From NCBI RefSeq assembly GCF_006345805.1, contig NC_043000.1, positions 162,874,001-162,938,000 of the forward strand: a DNA stretch of 64,000 nucleotides, given 5' to 3'. The notes below the pieces were generated by a model. The model saw only the letters and a list, made by a program, of their open reading frames with translations, did not search any database and was not told where the DNA came from. A program made the position numbers and the translations under genes. Shown one piece after another: positions 24,150 to 39,448 of the stretch (its first letter is position 1; every line of letters starts with the position of its first letter). Origin of the DNA: Octopus sinensis. Lineage: Eukaryota.

Positions 24150-24615
24150 TATTGTAAAGTACCTTATATCAGTGCATATCTTTAAAAAAAGGATACATGG
24201 AGAGCTGCTGCTTTTCTAGAGTTTATTGCCAGAAGACATCAGCCGTCTGCCAATAAACTCTGGGGGTGTAGGGAGTTCTTTGAAAAATGGGTCCTACCTG
24301 AAACGTTACACTTCACTTCTTCTCACTCCCTACGCTCAAACTCATTCAATTGTAACATACTATCAAGAAATGCAAATAACATGTAAAAGGGCCGGTTAGA
24401 ACTATAAGTCTACAGTTTCTAAAACCTAACATCATTTATTATCACTATGTTGCTTATATTACCAGGCGGATACCTATATTGTGACACTCTACTCAAACCG
24501 GATTGAGAAAACAGCAGCAATACACAATAAGCTTTTCGTTCCTTTCTTTTTCCTTCTTCACTTTCTTTCTTCTTTTGCTTTCCCCCCCCCTCCTCCTCCA
24601 TCTTCTTCATCTAAT

Positions 24616-24616
24616 T

Positions 24617-24686
<70 letters not shown>

Positions 24687-24822
24687 TATTATTATTATTA
24701 TTATGATATTCTTACTTTTTATTATTATCATTATTATTATTATTATTATTGATATTCTTACTTTTTATTATTATCATTATTATTATTATTATTATTATTG
24801 ATATTCTTACTTTTTATTATTA

Positions 24823-24869
<47 letters not shown>

Positions 24870-24895
24870 GATGTTCTTACTTTTTATTATTATTA
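24616..24895. repeat. Compound (TCA)n/(TTA)n tract with a higher-order unit containing gatattcttacttttt
   Basis: Direct reading; the unit repeats about 4 times. Confidence 0.9.
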
Positions 24896-26032
24896 TCGTT
24901 TCTTCTCTTTCTGCCCCTACAACATCCCCCACCTTCACAGCCTCTGTTCTTATCTTCTCACTTATCTTCCTATTCCGCACCACCCCGTTCACATACCCTC
25001 CATCACATCCTTAGATTCAGTACTGTAAACACCAGCTGCGGTAGCAATCATGTTGTCGCAGTCTTTCAACATCATTACCATCACTTTCATCATCGTCATC
25101 GTTGCCATCATCAATGTCATCGTCGTCATTATCATCATCATCATCATCATAAACACTTCCATCGCGATTACCATCGTCATCACTCTCATTATTACCAGCA
25201 ATTTCATAAACACGATCGTAAATAAATAAATAAATAAATAAATGAAAAGATCAACAAATAAATAGCTAAATGAATAAATAAACTAAATATGGTCCGTTTT
25301 CGCAATGCAGTCTCATAAATACGTGGATCGACTTATCAGCGGAGCGAAACCTGACTATAAAGCCCTCTGGTGGTAATCAATTAGACTTCAAAGACTACTT
25401 TTCATTCTACTTTATCACCGATGAATTCTGGGTGTGATTCCAATTTCATAGACAAAACCATAATCAGTGAGTATTAGGACTGAAATAACATTGTGAGGTG
25501 GGTTTGAAATTATATTGCAGACAAATGTGAAATCTGACTAAATTATAGAAATTGGTTTAATAATTTACTAATATATTCGAAACGCCATTTTACAAAATAT
25601 AAAGAATACTTCTGAATTAAGCTTTGAAAATTAAAATAATAATGAAAATACAATTAAAAGAAGAAGAAAAAGCGAACCGAAAACGATGGCGTGAAGAATC
25701 TACACAGGTAAAGATTAACAAAATGAAATGTAGAGCCAAAGTGTGCAAAAGTGAAACCGTGCCATCTGTGAGCTGTGTAGACCGAAAATCAAATGTGGTT
25801 TTATGGCGGGGGAATAGACAGATACATACATGAATTTCTGTGCATTTGTACATATAGATAAATAGATGCATATGTATATATACGTGTGTGTGTATGCATA
25901 CATACATAAACATATATGCATGCATACATACATATATACATCTATAAGAAAAATGGAGAGTTTGAACACAGAAAATATCTATTTATTTGTATAATATTCA
26001 ATTTCATATCGCCTACGTACGTTTTAATTTCT

Positions 26033-26734
26033 TACCTTTATACATATTTTCCAATTAAGATTACTTTATGCATTTATAAGGTAAAAATCTCTTCAGGGGA
26101 AAAGTTGACAAATATTCGTTCACATCCTAATGGATGAAGACATCTATAACGACAACTGGAATTTCAAAAATCTTAACACTAATATTAAGACAAATTAATG
26201 AAATCCAAAGTATATTAATCGATATGGAGCCAAACTGGTGTACCCTTGGATGAAATACATTCCTGTGAGAGAGCACCTCTTTCCATTCAAAACTTCGTAA
26301 ACACTCGTTATATACGCAGTTTAAATAAGTGCTACCACCAGTAAAATGGAGAGAATTGACACAGACACATCAATAAAAAAACATTCCCATACCACCTAAA
26401 AAGGAATACATGAAGGACCTAATAGAAAGGACTACATAATTCATTCACTGACTAAGATGGGTGGGGGACTACTACAATGATAAGAAAAGGAAATCACCAA
26501 AGGATACCACTAAGGAGGAGACATCGCTATTACAGAAGATTTTTAGAAAGGAATCCAAAAGACACACAAATGCTGGCAAACACAAACTTAGTGTTAAGTA
26601 TGCTGCTATTTTCAGTCTGCAAGCAACTCTGCATCCATTAGGATGTGAACGAATATTTGTCAGTTTTTCCCTGAAGAGATTTTTACCTTATAAATGCATA
26701 ATGCAATCTTAATTGCAAAATATGAATGAAGGTA
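26033..26734. repeat. ~104-bp diverged inverted repeat with ~495-bp spacer
   Basis: tacctttatacatattttccaattaag...cacatcctaatggatg (26033-26136) versus catccattaggatgtg...caaaatatgaatgaaggta (26632-26734). Confidence 0.85.
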
Positions 26735-28129
26735 GTAAATCTTGTGATTCAGTAGAATAGTGATAAAGACATTTTTATTTTTCTTGCGATGCGTTGAATG
26801 TGCTTTTATTTGTTCTACCAGACCATGTCCCGGACGCTTTTCATTAATGGAATGAAACTTTGTCAAATGGTGCTAACTATTATTAAAATATCCTTAAAAA
26901 ATGTGTCGTGAACAATATCGCTGAGAGCTATTCAAACCGCTTGCGTGGAATATGTCCAGCATGCCCATCCCGGTGGAGGATCAATAATGATTTCGAAACA
27001 CGGCATTGGTTCTTTCGTCAGATCACATTCAAATGTTTGTTCTATGTTAGACATTATATCATACAGTCAGTTATTCCATAGTGTTCCCGTTTTACGTAAG
27101 AGCTTTGAAGGTGATATTTCCTCGAAGACAGTTCCACGGAATTGGTGTTAGACAATACAAATAGAAACATTCGGGATTACCTCCGTACTCTTGACTATAC
27201 TCTTGGATATTGTAAATATTTCTTATAATTATATTTGCTCTCATTTTAGAAATATATAATCAACATTAAATATCAAAGTGTTTGTGTTTGTGTGTGTGTC
27301 TTTTTTTTTTCTGGTAGTATGACTTTCGACCATTTTCTCTTTCGGTCACTATGATTTCAACAAATGTCTTTTCAATGAGTTTCCCGTTCCACTTTTACAT
27401 TGGTACGTATTGTTTTTCTGTCCATTGAAACTTGACTACTTGTGACTAGGTTCTTCCCTGCAGTCAGCTGGAAATGTAATCTTCACACGAGTTGAGTGAT
27501 AAGCCTTAAAGAATTTCAACAAGAGTTTAAAACTTGTCAGCTACTTTCAACCTACTTTAACAGGAACTTCCTGTTGCGATGCTCGGGAGATAACACCTTG
27601 TTGCGTGAGAATTCGTGTAACCTCAGGCGAGAGCTGGTTAACAAATGGTACCAATAGCAGCCGAGTTGCTTCGAAAAGGAACTGGCAGAATTTCTGTTAA
27701 ATCTATGTTCATCCTGATATCCACACTTCCTACATGTGGTTATTTGTGCGTTCGCATATTATATATGTATAGTGGGAGGGATGGAAGGAGAGAGAGAATG
27801 AAAGAGATAAAGAGAGAAGCAAAGTCAGAGAGATTCTCTCTCAACAATACAAAGAATCAATTATTACACATCAGAGGAGCAATCTTGAATTTCGCCTTAT
27901 CAAGTCATAAATAACGCAACAGTGAGAAAATCAAATATGTGCATATTAAAGTTTATCACGTTACTTCTGCCACTTGATACCCTTCCGCCATCTAATAACT
28001 GACATCTCTCACCTTAAACTTACATTTGCTGATAATCCAGTTATAGCCGTTTCCATATGTTTACGCTACTAATCACTTGGGGAAACAAGGTATGAACCTT
28101 TCAACGTACGACCTTCCTCTCTTTCTTCT

Positions 28130-28174
<45 letters not shown>

Positions 28175-29653
28175 TTCCCTCTTTTAAACCCTGTAAAGAA
28201 TTTTTCTTAAGAAATACTTAATATGGTAATTTTCTGATAGAATATCAGATAAGATCGATGTTAAGCGTTAATAGGATTCTGCATGAAGAATCAACACATT
28301 ATCAACAGAATGAGTTAACGAAAGTAGAAGGTAAAATGCTAAATATATTGAAAGAGAGAGACGACGAAAACTAAACAAACTGTGTGTAAGTGAATTACTA
28401 TGATCTTACAGAAAAAGCAGAAGAGCCGGTCGAATTGAAGTATCGAGTATAAGTTTGTTATCACTTCTCTTCAATTGTCTTTGTCCAAGTTACTTAACTC
28501 TTTCTGCTTTAATGGTTGCTGCGCTGGTGTGCGGCCGAGTCAAATACAGAGCAGCACTGTTTAAGTCTCACCAATGTCGACTTTCCTGTTCATCCGTGTG
28601 GGACCTATAAAACAGATTTATACAAACCTCGAATGTTGCATAGATGTGTGAAAGAAATCAAAGACACACAAACAGAAGGAAGGAGGGATTCGATAGAATC
28701 TTTACAGCGTCAGGAAAATAGGTTTGCGGTGTTAATTCCAACTTTTTTATATTGTAAGTTCAAATCCTGTCGAGGCTCATCGTTCTGGACTCGATAAAAA
28801 AAAGACTTATACAAATCTACAAAAGTTGTGGCAGAAACATTACTAAAGAAATAATGAAGTGCGTCGTACAAAATGCTCTGCTGTGCAAAGAAAAGAAAAA
28901 CAGTTGAACGATGAGTAAAAATATTTACATTCTATAAACTGTTCAAATCTGGGATTGATCGATTATACCTTTTGCCTTTCTGTAAAGAAAAAGCTTCTAT
29001 GATCGGTTTAGTGACTTTGTATCATCATCATTATCATCATCACAATCAGGTTCCATACATTTTGCTAGACCCTTGGTAACATATTCTTTCTCTGCGATAG
29101 AGAGGAAATGACTGTCCTGGAAGAAAAGGATTCTGTGAGTTAACCCCACATCCTTCCCACAGCGCAACTGATGTGGAAAGAGAGAGAGAGAGAGAGTGGG
29201 ACAAAGAGGGAGAGGAAGGACGGAGAGAAATAGAGGGAGAGAAGGGACAGAGAGAGCGGGGGATGGAGAGGGCGTGAGAGAGAGGAGGGGGAGAGGAACA
29301 GAGAGGCAGAGAGATAGAAACAAAGAGAAAGCGAGTTATGTACTACAGTGGATTGAAGCAAACCTACGCCAAGCCAAAAGATTTGTGCGCTTGTGCAATT
29401 GGAAGGATTCTGTGTCAGACTTATAATGGTGATGACAAGAAAAATCAATGCGGCAGATGGCAGAATTGTTAGAGCGATAAAAAATATTTACGGCATTTCG
29501 TTATATCGCTTTGCGTAATGAGCTCTAATCACGTGGAGATCTCCAGTCAACGCTTATTTAGCCTTTCAGCATTCCAGAGTCGATAGACGCACATCTGCGT
29601 TTATGAAACTGAGTACTGTGGAGCTATATATATATATATATTATATATACACA

Positions 29654-30715
29654 TACGGGATGCGATGAGTAATTTGTCGCTATTTTCTATTTTTAATTTC
29701 ACGCATGTGCATGGTTTGTTTTTGAATTTGTCGACTACACAGTATAACAAAGTCAGTTGAGTATTGTCTGTGAGAAAAACAGCACCATGATGGAATTCAT
29801 TCTGTCAGAAATTTGGAAACGACATGCTGTGTTTGGGTGTGAATCTGAGGACAGTGCAGAAGATTTAGAAAGAGTTGGATGAGTCAAATGGTAATTACGA
29901 AGATACAGAAGCTGTGGTAACTCACTCTGATCGTTCTGATAAGAAAAGAACTCCTGAATTTGTTGGTCAGATCCAGACCGACCATGATTGACAACGATCC
30001 ATCCAAGTCAATCAGATCCATCATCAAACCATGGGAGTGTCTGAGTTTCTTATCGGTCAGGTAGTACATGAAGACATTCTGTATTCCTCGTGAGAAAAGG
30101 CCAATTTTTATCCCAAGCCATCAAGAACAAGAGGAAAGATCATGCTACGAAGCTTCTGAACAAACTCAAGCATCCTCTCCCACCGAACGTGCTTTGGTTG
30201 TTCTCAGACGAGAAAATTTCTGCCGGATCAGACGGTGAACACACGGAACAACCGTTGGTTTGCCGTGTCCCTAAAACATTTACCGAGAGTGATAAAAATC
30301 AAACATCCAATCAACACCATGGAGTTTGGAGTGATCACTAGTGATGGTGACGTTATACCTCCATTCACAGACTCAAAACGGAGGTTTACATAAAGTGCCT
30401 GGAAGAGGTAGTACTGTCCTGGGTCAAGAGGGTGTCTGCTGGAAGACCTAATGTCTGACAACAGGACGCTGCACCATGCCACACAAGCGGGAGAACCCAG
30501 TCATGGCAATCTCTGCGGCCACATCACCCCTAACATCTGGCCACCTAACTCCCCAGACTGAAACCAGCTTGATTATGCGTGGGGCACGGTTGAACGACAG
30601 ACCAACAAAACTCCTTGTAACACCAAAAATGAACTGAAGGCAAGGATTATTGCAGCATTCACCCACTTAGACAAGGAGACCGTCAAGGAGAGTTCCAGGA
30701 AATTCCAAAGATATT
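29654..30715 (+). mobile_element. Decayed Tc1/mariner-superfamily transposon (maT/DD37D-like transposase fragments)
   Basis: WLFSDEK, FGVITSDGDVIPPF, YIKCLEEVVL.WVKRV, QQDAAPCHTS, NIWPPNSPD and CNTKNELKARI occur in shifting frames. Starts TA-CGGG. Confidence 0.8.
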
Positions 30716-31011
30716 GGTAAACCCAACAAAGTTTCAATATAGAGCGGTCGAACCCGGAACCACTTTATGACGAACAGACAGACATTCCCACTCCTGCGTA
30801 TAAATTGTCTTTGCTATATCCATTTAATTAATTCTAAATTTTTATATCCATATTTTTATCTCCTTGCCCATTTGTTTGTCTTTCTGTCTATGTCTGTCTG
30901 TGTCTCTGTTTATATTCTTTTCTATATTTCTGTTTATCTATCTGCTCATCTACGTATTTATCCCAGTAAGTTATTATTATCATTATATTGTCGATCTATT
31001 CTTGTGTTTGT

Positions 31012-31094
<83 letters not shown>

Positions 31095-31622
31095 CTATTC
31101 ATGTTCTAGACTGCAAAACGAGAAAAACAGAAATAAACTGTTGCCTAGATTTTTTTAATAAATGCTGTTATTATCACACACACACCGCACATGCACACGT
31201 CGCACATGCACACACGCATACACATATGCATGCACACACACACACATTTTCATGAACCTAAGCACACATATTTCAATCTCCTTTCACTCACATATTGATA
31301 AATACAGACATGTAGTTGTGCCTCTACATATATGTCTCAGCATGGCTGAAACCAACTAAAGACTATCGTACGTGCAGACATACACGCATACATACACACG
31401 CGTGCACGCACACATACACATACACACACACATATATATAATTTCCTCAAAGCATCCTGAAAATAATTCGGCTTCCTACAGTGTATTACTTTTTTTTCCT
31501 ATCCGACTAGGTTTATTAGTTTTCGTTTGCCGAAAAACAAAGAGGCCGAGGAGGAGGATGATGATGACGATGGCATCAACAGTACCGCAAACAACAACCT
31601 CAGCAACAGAAGCAAGCAGCTG

Positions 31623-31623
31623 C

Positions 31624-31703
<80 letters not shown>

Positions 31704-31791
31704 GAGGAGGAGGAGGAGGAGGAGGAGGAGGAGCAACTGTAGTAGTAGTAGTAGTAGTAGTAGAAGCAGGAGTAACTGTAGTAGTAGTAGC

Positions 31792-31826
<35 letters not shown>
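31623..31826. repeat. (AGT)n/(AGG)n trinucleotide tract
   Basis: Direct reading. Confidence 0.95.
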
Positions 31827-31827
<1 letters not shown>

Positions 31828-32249
31828 TCCTTTATTGATCCCCGAGGAAGATGGCCGCTGAAGCATAAGAAAGAGAAAGACTGATTACAGTGAGTGAGGG
31901 AGTAAGCATAAAGTCGAGTGTGATTTAAAAGCATGAGAAAAAAATAACAGCATGAAAAGAAGTAAACTGAAATGAACCCAGTTGGGAGAGGGACAGACAC
32001 CGAAGACCAATTTGGAAAAGGGCTGCACGACCACTTTCAATTACAAATGCAAGTGGCCCCTCTCGGCTATGTTCTACGACCTATGGCTGAATGTTAAATG
32101 TAGGCCCTTTAACTTTAGCGATACTCACCACTCTCACTAACTTTTACAGTAAATATAGATGGACGGGAGAAGCGCTTTTGTCACAGTCCCTCTTTCGCTC
32201 TTATTGGAGCTTGAAATGTCAGAGATTAAATGACGACTAAGGAAAATGT

Positions 32250-32900
32250 TTATTTGCAGTGAGTTCTCTCTTGTGCGCCTTAAAACCTCTTTCACCATAG
32301 CATCCAGACACAGAAAACTTCTTGTCTATCCTGGCCAAAGGAAAGTAGTGAAACGATCCTCGCATTATACGCATCTAATAACTAGATCCGGTTCATGTTT
32401 GGCAACTACTGCTCGACATCATTTCAGACGTCCGACACTGAAAATGCGCGTGCCAAACGTTTTCGTCACTCTGGACGCATCTTGGACAGATATATCCGAT
32501 AGACGTTGCCAGTTTGTAGTTTCTCCGCAATGCTCGGGCTGGAAGCTTTCCAACTACACGTATAAGTTGATTTTAGTCGATGCCAAGAGCCGAGAATGAT
32601 ATCACTGTATCCCTCAATTAATTCTCTACAAGAATAGACGTCCGACCAACCGTATTGCATTACTAGAAGAGAAAGAACCTTTAGTACTTAACAATCTTCT
32701 AGATGCCATGAGCTCAATCTTGGCCTCCAATTGATTAAATACTGTAGTCCCCCACAAAAACAAGTTGATGGAAAACATGCTTGTCAAAAGGAGTCCGGAC
32801 CTGCTCAATCTCCAGAAATCTCTGCAGATACTGCATCCACAACGTATGCCAGCACTTCATAGGTCACAGCATACCGAACCCCACTAGCAAATGTTTTTGG
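32250..32900 (-). pseudogene. Possible degraded LINE RT remnant
   Basis: Minus-strand HQLVFVGDY followed by sequence loosely like LFADD...GL.IN..KT. Many stops. Confidence 0.25.
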
Positions 32901-35156
32901 TAGCAAATAGTTTCTAATCTAGTAGCACACGTTCGTTCAACAAAACGTGAACGAGAAGATGCTCCAATATAGAATATATTAAATTATATAGTACAGCTAT
33001 TTTCCCAAACTATTCACATACCCGAACTGACCGTTGGAGCCTCCTAGGTATTTTCACTCAGAAACAATCTTTAAATTCCCCTACATACATACATACATAC
33101 ATACATACATACATACATACATACATACATACATACATACATACAAAGTATACGTATGCATATATGTTTACACTCTAACTGAAATAACATAAACATACTC
33201 CACTCAGTATGATTTTATAGTTATATATGTATACATATGTATTATATGTATTACGATATATATACATATATGTGTGTGTGTGGGGGTGTATTTTGTCTAT
33301 GTGTGTGCGTGTATATATGTATATACATGTATAAATATATGCAGTTGTCTGTATGTAGATGTATGTGCATCAACATCGATATATCCGTATGAGTATGTGA
33401 GTTCAGATCTGTGCAAGTATCTGTATTTGTAAAAAATGCTGTCTTTCGAGTTGCGTCCCTTTACATCAAAGCTTAAGTTACATATTGCATGAATCTCTAT
33501 CTAACAAACAGGAGGTCGATATTGGTGAATGAAATCTTTAAAGGCGATACCCCAGCACGTTTTAGTATTGGAATGGTTTCAGCCCACTCACAGAAAGCAT
33601 TCAAATATTTAAAGAATAAAAGAATATATTTAATCCAGTTCTCTAAAACATATTAGTGAAGAAATGGAAAGAAAGGTCTCTTTCTCGATATCATGCAAAA
33701 CTGGACAAAGGCGGTGGGAATAAATCAATATGAAAACCAACAGGCTAAGAATTCTGGATAAAGAAAAAAATGGAAGGTTTGATTTTAACAACCGAAGATC
33801 AGTATCAAATAGAGATAACAGAAGCTAATGTCAACTTCAAAGAAGAATTCAGCATAAACGAACAATTGAACAGCTTATGTTTGAATGCCCAATCTTTGCC
33901 AAGACAGGCTATATCCAATAACTTCACCAGTTATTCAAGATAATCAATATGTTTATACTTCCAGATGAAATCTTAAGATACATAAAATAAATGAAAATGA
34001 ATGGCAGCAACTCGTTCTAAATCTATGTAATAATGAAATGATTACTTTAATCTAGAACATGGTTCGACAGAATAATAAAGATATCGGATCGCACCACTTA
34101 CATATCATAATCACAAAGAGAAGATTTTACTTATCCTCTCGGTTAAATATAATGAATTTTTTGATCTAATAAAGCATCACCCAGAACAAAGCAAAGTCGT
34201 TTTGTTTTTGTTTTTCTTTTCAATATACAATCCTATCCAAATGAAAAGATGTGAACTATGGTGTATGAGAATAAGTGAGCATCAATAATAATTGATATAG
34301 GATACGATCAAAAATATAAGCACAACCACAAATACGATAACAAGACTCAAGTAAACAGAATCTAAAATAGTACAATACATATTCTGAACAACACACTTTG
34401 AGTATTCGAAGTGATATAAAAAAAAAGGGGCCCGGACTAGTTATATTTAATAAGAAAAAATAACTCTAAAAATAATAATAAAAAGTCCGGGAGCTTTTTT
34501 ATACCATTTCGTTTTATGCAGCACATATTCTACTCCATCAAACTCAGAACACTGCAAAAAAGAGCCATCAGTGGTATTAAGTTGGGGGATGGAAATTGAG
34601 AGCAGTTACAGTCCGACATCTCTGATAAGTCCGACATGTCCAGATATTTCTGCAGTTTCGTCTCCAATGCTTTGATCATCGAGAAGTTATAGGACAAGAC
34701 CACGATAACGTATAATGAGCTTATAGTTGTGGAGTGGCTTTAGCTACACAGGTATTTGTGCACATGAGGGACAATAGAGGAAAATCCTTTCATCGAATTC
34801 AGAATTGTTGAAATTGTAGCATGCTTCTTAATAGTTTACAGTCAACCATTGCCGTGTTGTTTTATGCGTGCCTGTGTTTGGTTGTGGGTGAGAGGGTGCG
34901 CACGCTTCTCTGTGTGTGTGTGTGTGTGTGTGCGTGTGCGTGTGTGAGTGTGTGTGTGTGCATAAATTCAAGTTCCTTTTAACAAAAAAGTCGCTATATA
35001 ATAATCAAAAGCAATGAAAAACACATCAGACTTCAGAAATATCCCTTACCAGTAAGCATAATGATTGAGTAACTGCTGTGTAGCGTACATGTGTGTGCGT
35101 GCACGCGCCAGTCTGAATACTTATATATATAATATATATTATATATATAGATCTAT

Positions 35157-35195
<39 letters not shown>

Positions 35196-35632
35196 TGTAT
35201 GGGTATATGTATATATGTATGTAATATAATGCATATATATCTATATCAATCTATCTATATACTATATATATATATATAATATATATATATATATAGTTAG
35301 GGGAGAGAGAGATAACTACAAATATATATACATGAATACATACTTTATATATATATAATATATATATTATATAATATATGCATACATGTATATATAATGT
35401 ATACTTTAAATATATACATTTACATACACACACTCACGCACACGGACACGCACACACACAGACACACACACACACGCACACACACGCGCATATATATTGC
35501 TTTTTATGGCAAATTAAATCTTTAGCTTCCTGTTCCGCAAATATCTTCAGCAATTGAAAAGATAATGATGATACCATGTTGCTTTTAACTTCCATTTGTA
35601 TTACTTGTAAAATTTCACTTATTATTATTATC

Positions 35633-35690
<58 letters not shown>

Positions 35691-35964
35691 TAGTAGTAGT
35701 AGTTTATTATCCTAAATATTTCAGTCGGCAACATTTCATGATACAAATAAATTGGTCGACATTTTGAAAAGCAGAAAAGCGATGGAACAGGTAGAAAAAA
35801 ACTGATTGGCGAACTAGAAATTCAAAGAGAAGCGGGAGAAATGAAAAGAATCCCATGATGTACTATAGTAGAACGCAGGTCTTGCAGAAACACACACACA
35901 CACATTCACGCCTCTATAGGTGATGGTATACATATATATCTATGCGTATGTATATACACATGCA

Positions 35965-36128
35965 TACACATACATACATACATACATACATACATACATA
36001 CATACATACATACATACATACGTGCATACATACATACATACATACATACATGCATGCATACATACATACATACATACATACATACATACATACATACATA
36101 CATGCATACATACATACATACATACATA
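35965..36128. repeat. (CATA)n microsatellite
   Basis: Direct reading. Confidence 0.95.
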
Positions 36129-37034
36129 AGTGTTTGTGCGTGGGGATATACATATATTCATATATATGTATTTCGTTTTTGTATTTGGTTTGCAAGATTC
36201 TTAATGTGAGTTCGTGCTTTGAAGCATGTTCTGGTGTGTCAGGGGAGAGTCATTCTCTTTTACTGCCTTATAATTTAACACACGCACCGGTGAAATTTCC
36301 ACTCATTTACTTATTTATTTTTCTAAAATGTTCGTTGCGTCTTGCAACCTTTACAATAGTTGTTGACTCTGTCCGTTATTTACACTGCGTTCCCTTTTGT
36401 TTGTTTGTGCGCATGCGAGTGCGTCAGTGTGTGTTTTGCATACACATGTATGTATGTATGTATGCATGTAAGTGTGTGTACGCATGTATATATATATGTG
36501 TACGTTTGTTTGTATGTATTCCACATATTCATGTGTTTGTGTATTTTTTTATGTGTGTATGTGTGTTTGAATATGTATGTGTACCTCTGTCTCCTTGTGT
36601 GTGCCTCTCTGAGTGTGTTTGTGTGTGTATGGGTTTTTGTGACTATGTACTGTGTCTGTATGTATGGATGTGTGTCACCATATGTGTTCTTGTGTGAAGT
36701 GAAGTGTATGTGTGTATATGGTCATGTGTTTCAGTCTTCATTTGTGTATGTGTGTGTGCTTGTCTGTTCATATTACCCAGGTACCTATCCGTCAATATGT
36801 CTATCTGTTTACTTTCATATCCATGCACCTACATACATGTGTGTATACATATACGTATACACATACACGCACATGCATACATCTACATAACAGCCTACTA
36901 GATATTCTACCTGTATATAAATATAAACTGTAGGTATGGGGGTATGATTATCTACTACGTATATTTCCTATTTAGTGCTGGGGATGTTTCATTTATGAGG
37001 ACGTACTCCTGTATTTTTCTGAGTATTCTAAGTC

Positions 37035-37305
37035 TAGTACTTATTCAATCGGTCTATTTTACCGAACCGCTAAGTACGGGACGTAAACACACCAACATCG
37101 GTTGTCAAGCGATGGTGTGGTGGGGAGGAACAGACACAAATGACAAACGTACATACATATATACGACGGGCTTCTTTCAGTTTCCGTCTACCAAATCCAC
37201 TCACAAGGCTTTGAAAACACTTGCCCCAGATGCCACTCAGTGGGACTGAACTCAGAACCATGTGGTTGGGAAGCAAGCTTCTTACCACTCAGCCATTCCT
37301 GCGCC
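37035..37305 (-). mobile_element. SINE family A, internally deleted
   Basis: Reverse-complement match to both modules. Confidence 0.8.
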
Positions 37306-37435
37306 TGTATACAAATATGTATGTTGGAAGTTGCGTGCGTGTGTATGTATGTGTGTGTTTGTGTGTGCGTCTGTGTGTGTAGGTGCGTGTGCTTACGTGT
37401 GTGTGTGTCTCTCTCTATATATATGTGTGTGTGTC

Positions 37436-37491
<56 letters not shown>

Positions 37492-38159
37492 TGAAACACA
37501 CAGATTCCCCTACCTTCTTCAGCTCTCCTTTTCAACGAAGCACGTTTGAGTAAAGCGCTGAAGATATCAAGAGCACATACTACACGCGTGTCTAAAAGCA
37601 CCAAGTGGTTGATCGGGTCGATAAAATAGGCCGTAAAAAAGTACTATAAATCAACTGTATTGACTGAATGCGAGCCTGATTTAAAAAAAAAATGCGCAAA
37701 GAAATAGAAAGTATAACCCAGAAAGTAACAATCTGTATTATACATGGTCAAAAGCAGTCATTATGTAAATAAATAAACCGTGATTTGCGCTTCGGGGTAA
37801 TGATGGCGACGTCCTTCTTGTGAATAGGATAGCATCTATATAAATAAACAGTGTTCTTTGTTTTTGTATACAAATAAAATGCGTGGTTTGCTCTCAGATA
37901 GATGTTTTCTGTTGCGCCATAACGCGTCGGTAAGTCGCTTGAATTTATTTATCTATATAGGACAACATCAAACTATCTATCTCCCTTCACGCTCTCTATC
38001 ACTCTCTCTCTCTCTCTCTCTCCTCTCTAGCTTCCTCTCTCTTTCTCTGTCGCACCCTTTCTCTCTCTCCCTCTCTCTCTTTGCATGTATATGTGTGTGT
38101 TCCCGCACGTGTGAGTGTATGTGTGTATGTATGCATTTATATCTGTATACACACGCATT

Positions 38160-38260
<101 letters not shown>

Positions 38261-38330
38261 CCCGGGTTGATTCGGGGTTAACCACAGTAAATAAAGTACT
38301 CAATACTAGCAGAGTAAAATAAAAATAATT

Positions 38331-39399
38331 ATTATATAGAAGGAGCTTCTACAGGACTAGAACTGTTTCATTCAAGAGAATCTTCAGGAAGCTAGTTAAC
38401 AAGAATTGTATTGGCATTTATACATTTAGGCAGGTTTAAAGGGGTGGTGGTTCGGGACTTTTTGGGGGTAGGCATAGCGCAAAATATCATACTTGGGGGA
38501 GTGGTCAAGGAGTCAGTGGTAAATTAGATAAAAGAATAAATAAAAGAATAAAAAAATATATAAAAGAATCGAGTTTTAGGTAAATAAGGAGATTCTCACT
38601 TATACCTATACACATATGTATAAATATACACACACACACACACACATATACATACACACATACATACACACACACATATATATATATACATACACATACA
38701 TACATATATCTACACATATATATACATATATATATATATATACCTATATATACACACATACATACACATACATATATATACACACACACACACACATATG
38801 CATACACATATACACACACACATTTATATATACACACACGACCACACATACATATACACAAATAAAAATATATACATACACACACATACACATACACGCG
38901 TACACACACATATCCACATACACACATGCACACACAACACACAAGTCCCTATATACACATATATACACATACACACATATACATATATATACATATATAT
39001 ATATATATATACATATGTGTACCTATACATACCTACACATACACACATTTTTACATACAAATACAGACCCATTCCCTAATTTTAATTTTATTATCTTCAT
39101 TTATTACTTTTGTTATCTTTGACCGCTGGTCACAAGCATCTTGGCTATGACAGCAAGTCCATTTATCTTTCTACTTGAAAACAAGCACTCATTCACGCAC
39201 GCACACTCACTCATTCGTACACTCATACGCATACACGCAATCACGCGTTATATTCATACATACGTACATCTACATACATTCACGTATATACACATACGTA
39301 CGCGTACCTACAGATTCATGTCTACACTCTTAGAAGGCTAGTCTTATACATATACACCAATAAATATATATACACACATACATATACACCTACATACAA

Positions 39400-39448
<49 letters not shown>

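Noticed and set aside
25624-25833. Lys/Glu-rich 69-aa ORF
   Set aside because: Short and low-complexity, with no recognisable domain or convincing splice sites.
31372-32000. Poly-Ser, poly-Leu and poly-Thr ORFs
   Set aside because: (AGT)n/(AGG)n microsatellite read in three frames.
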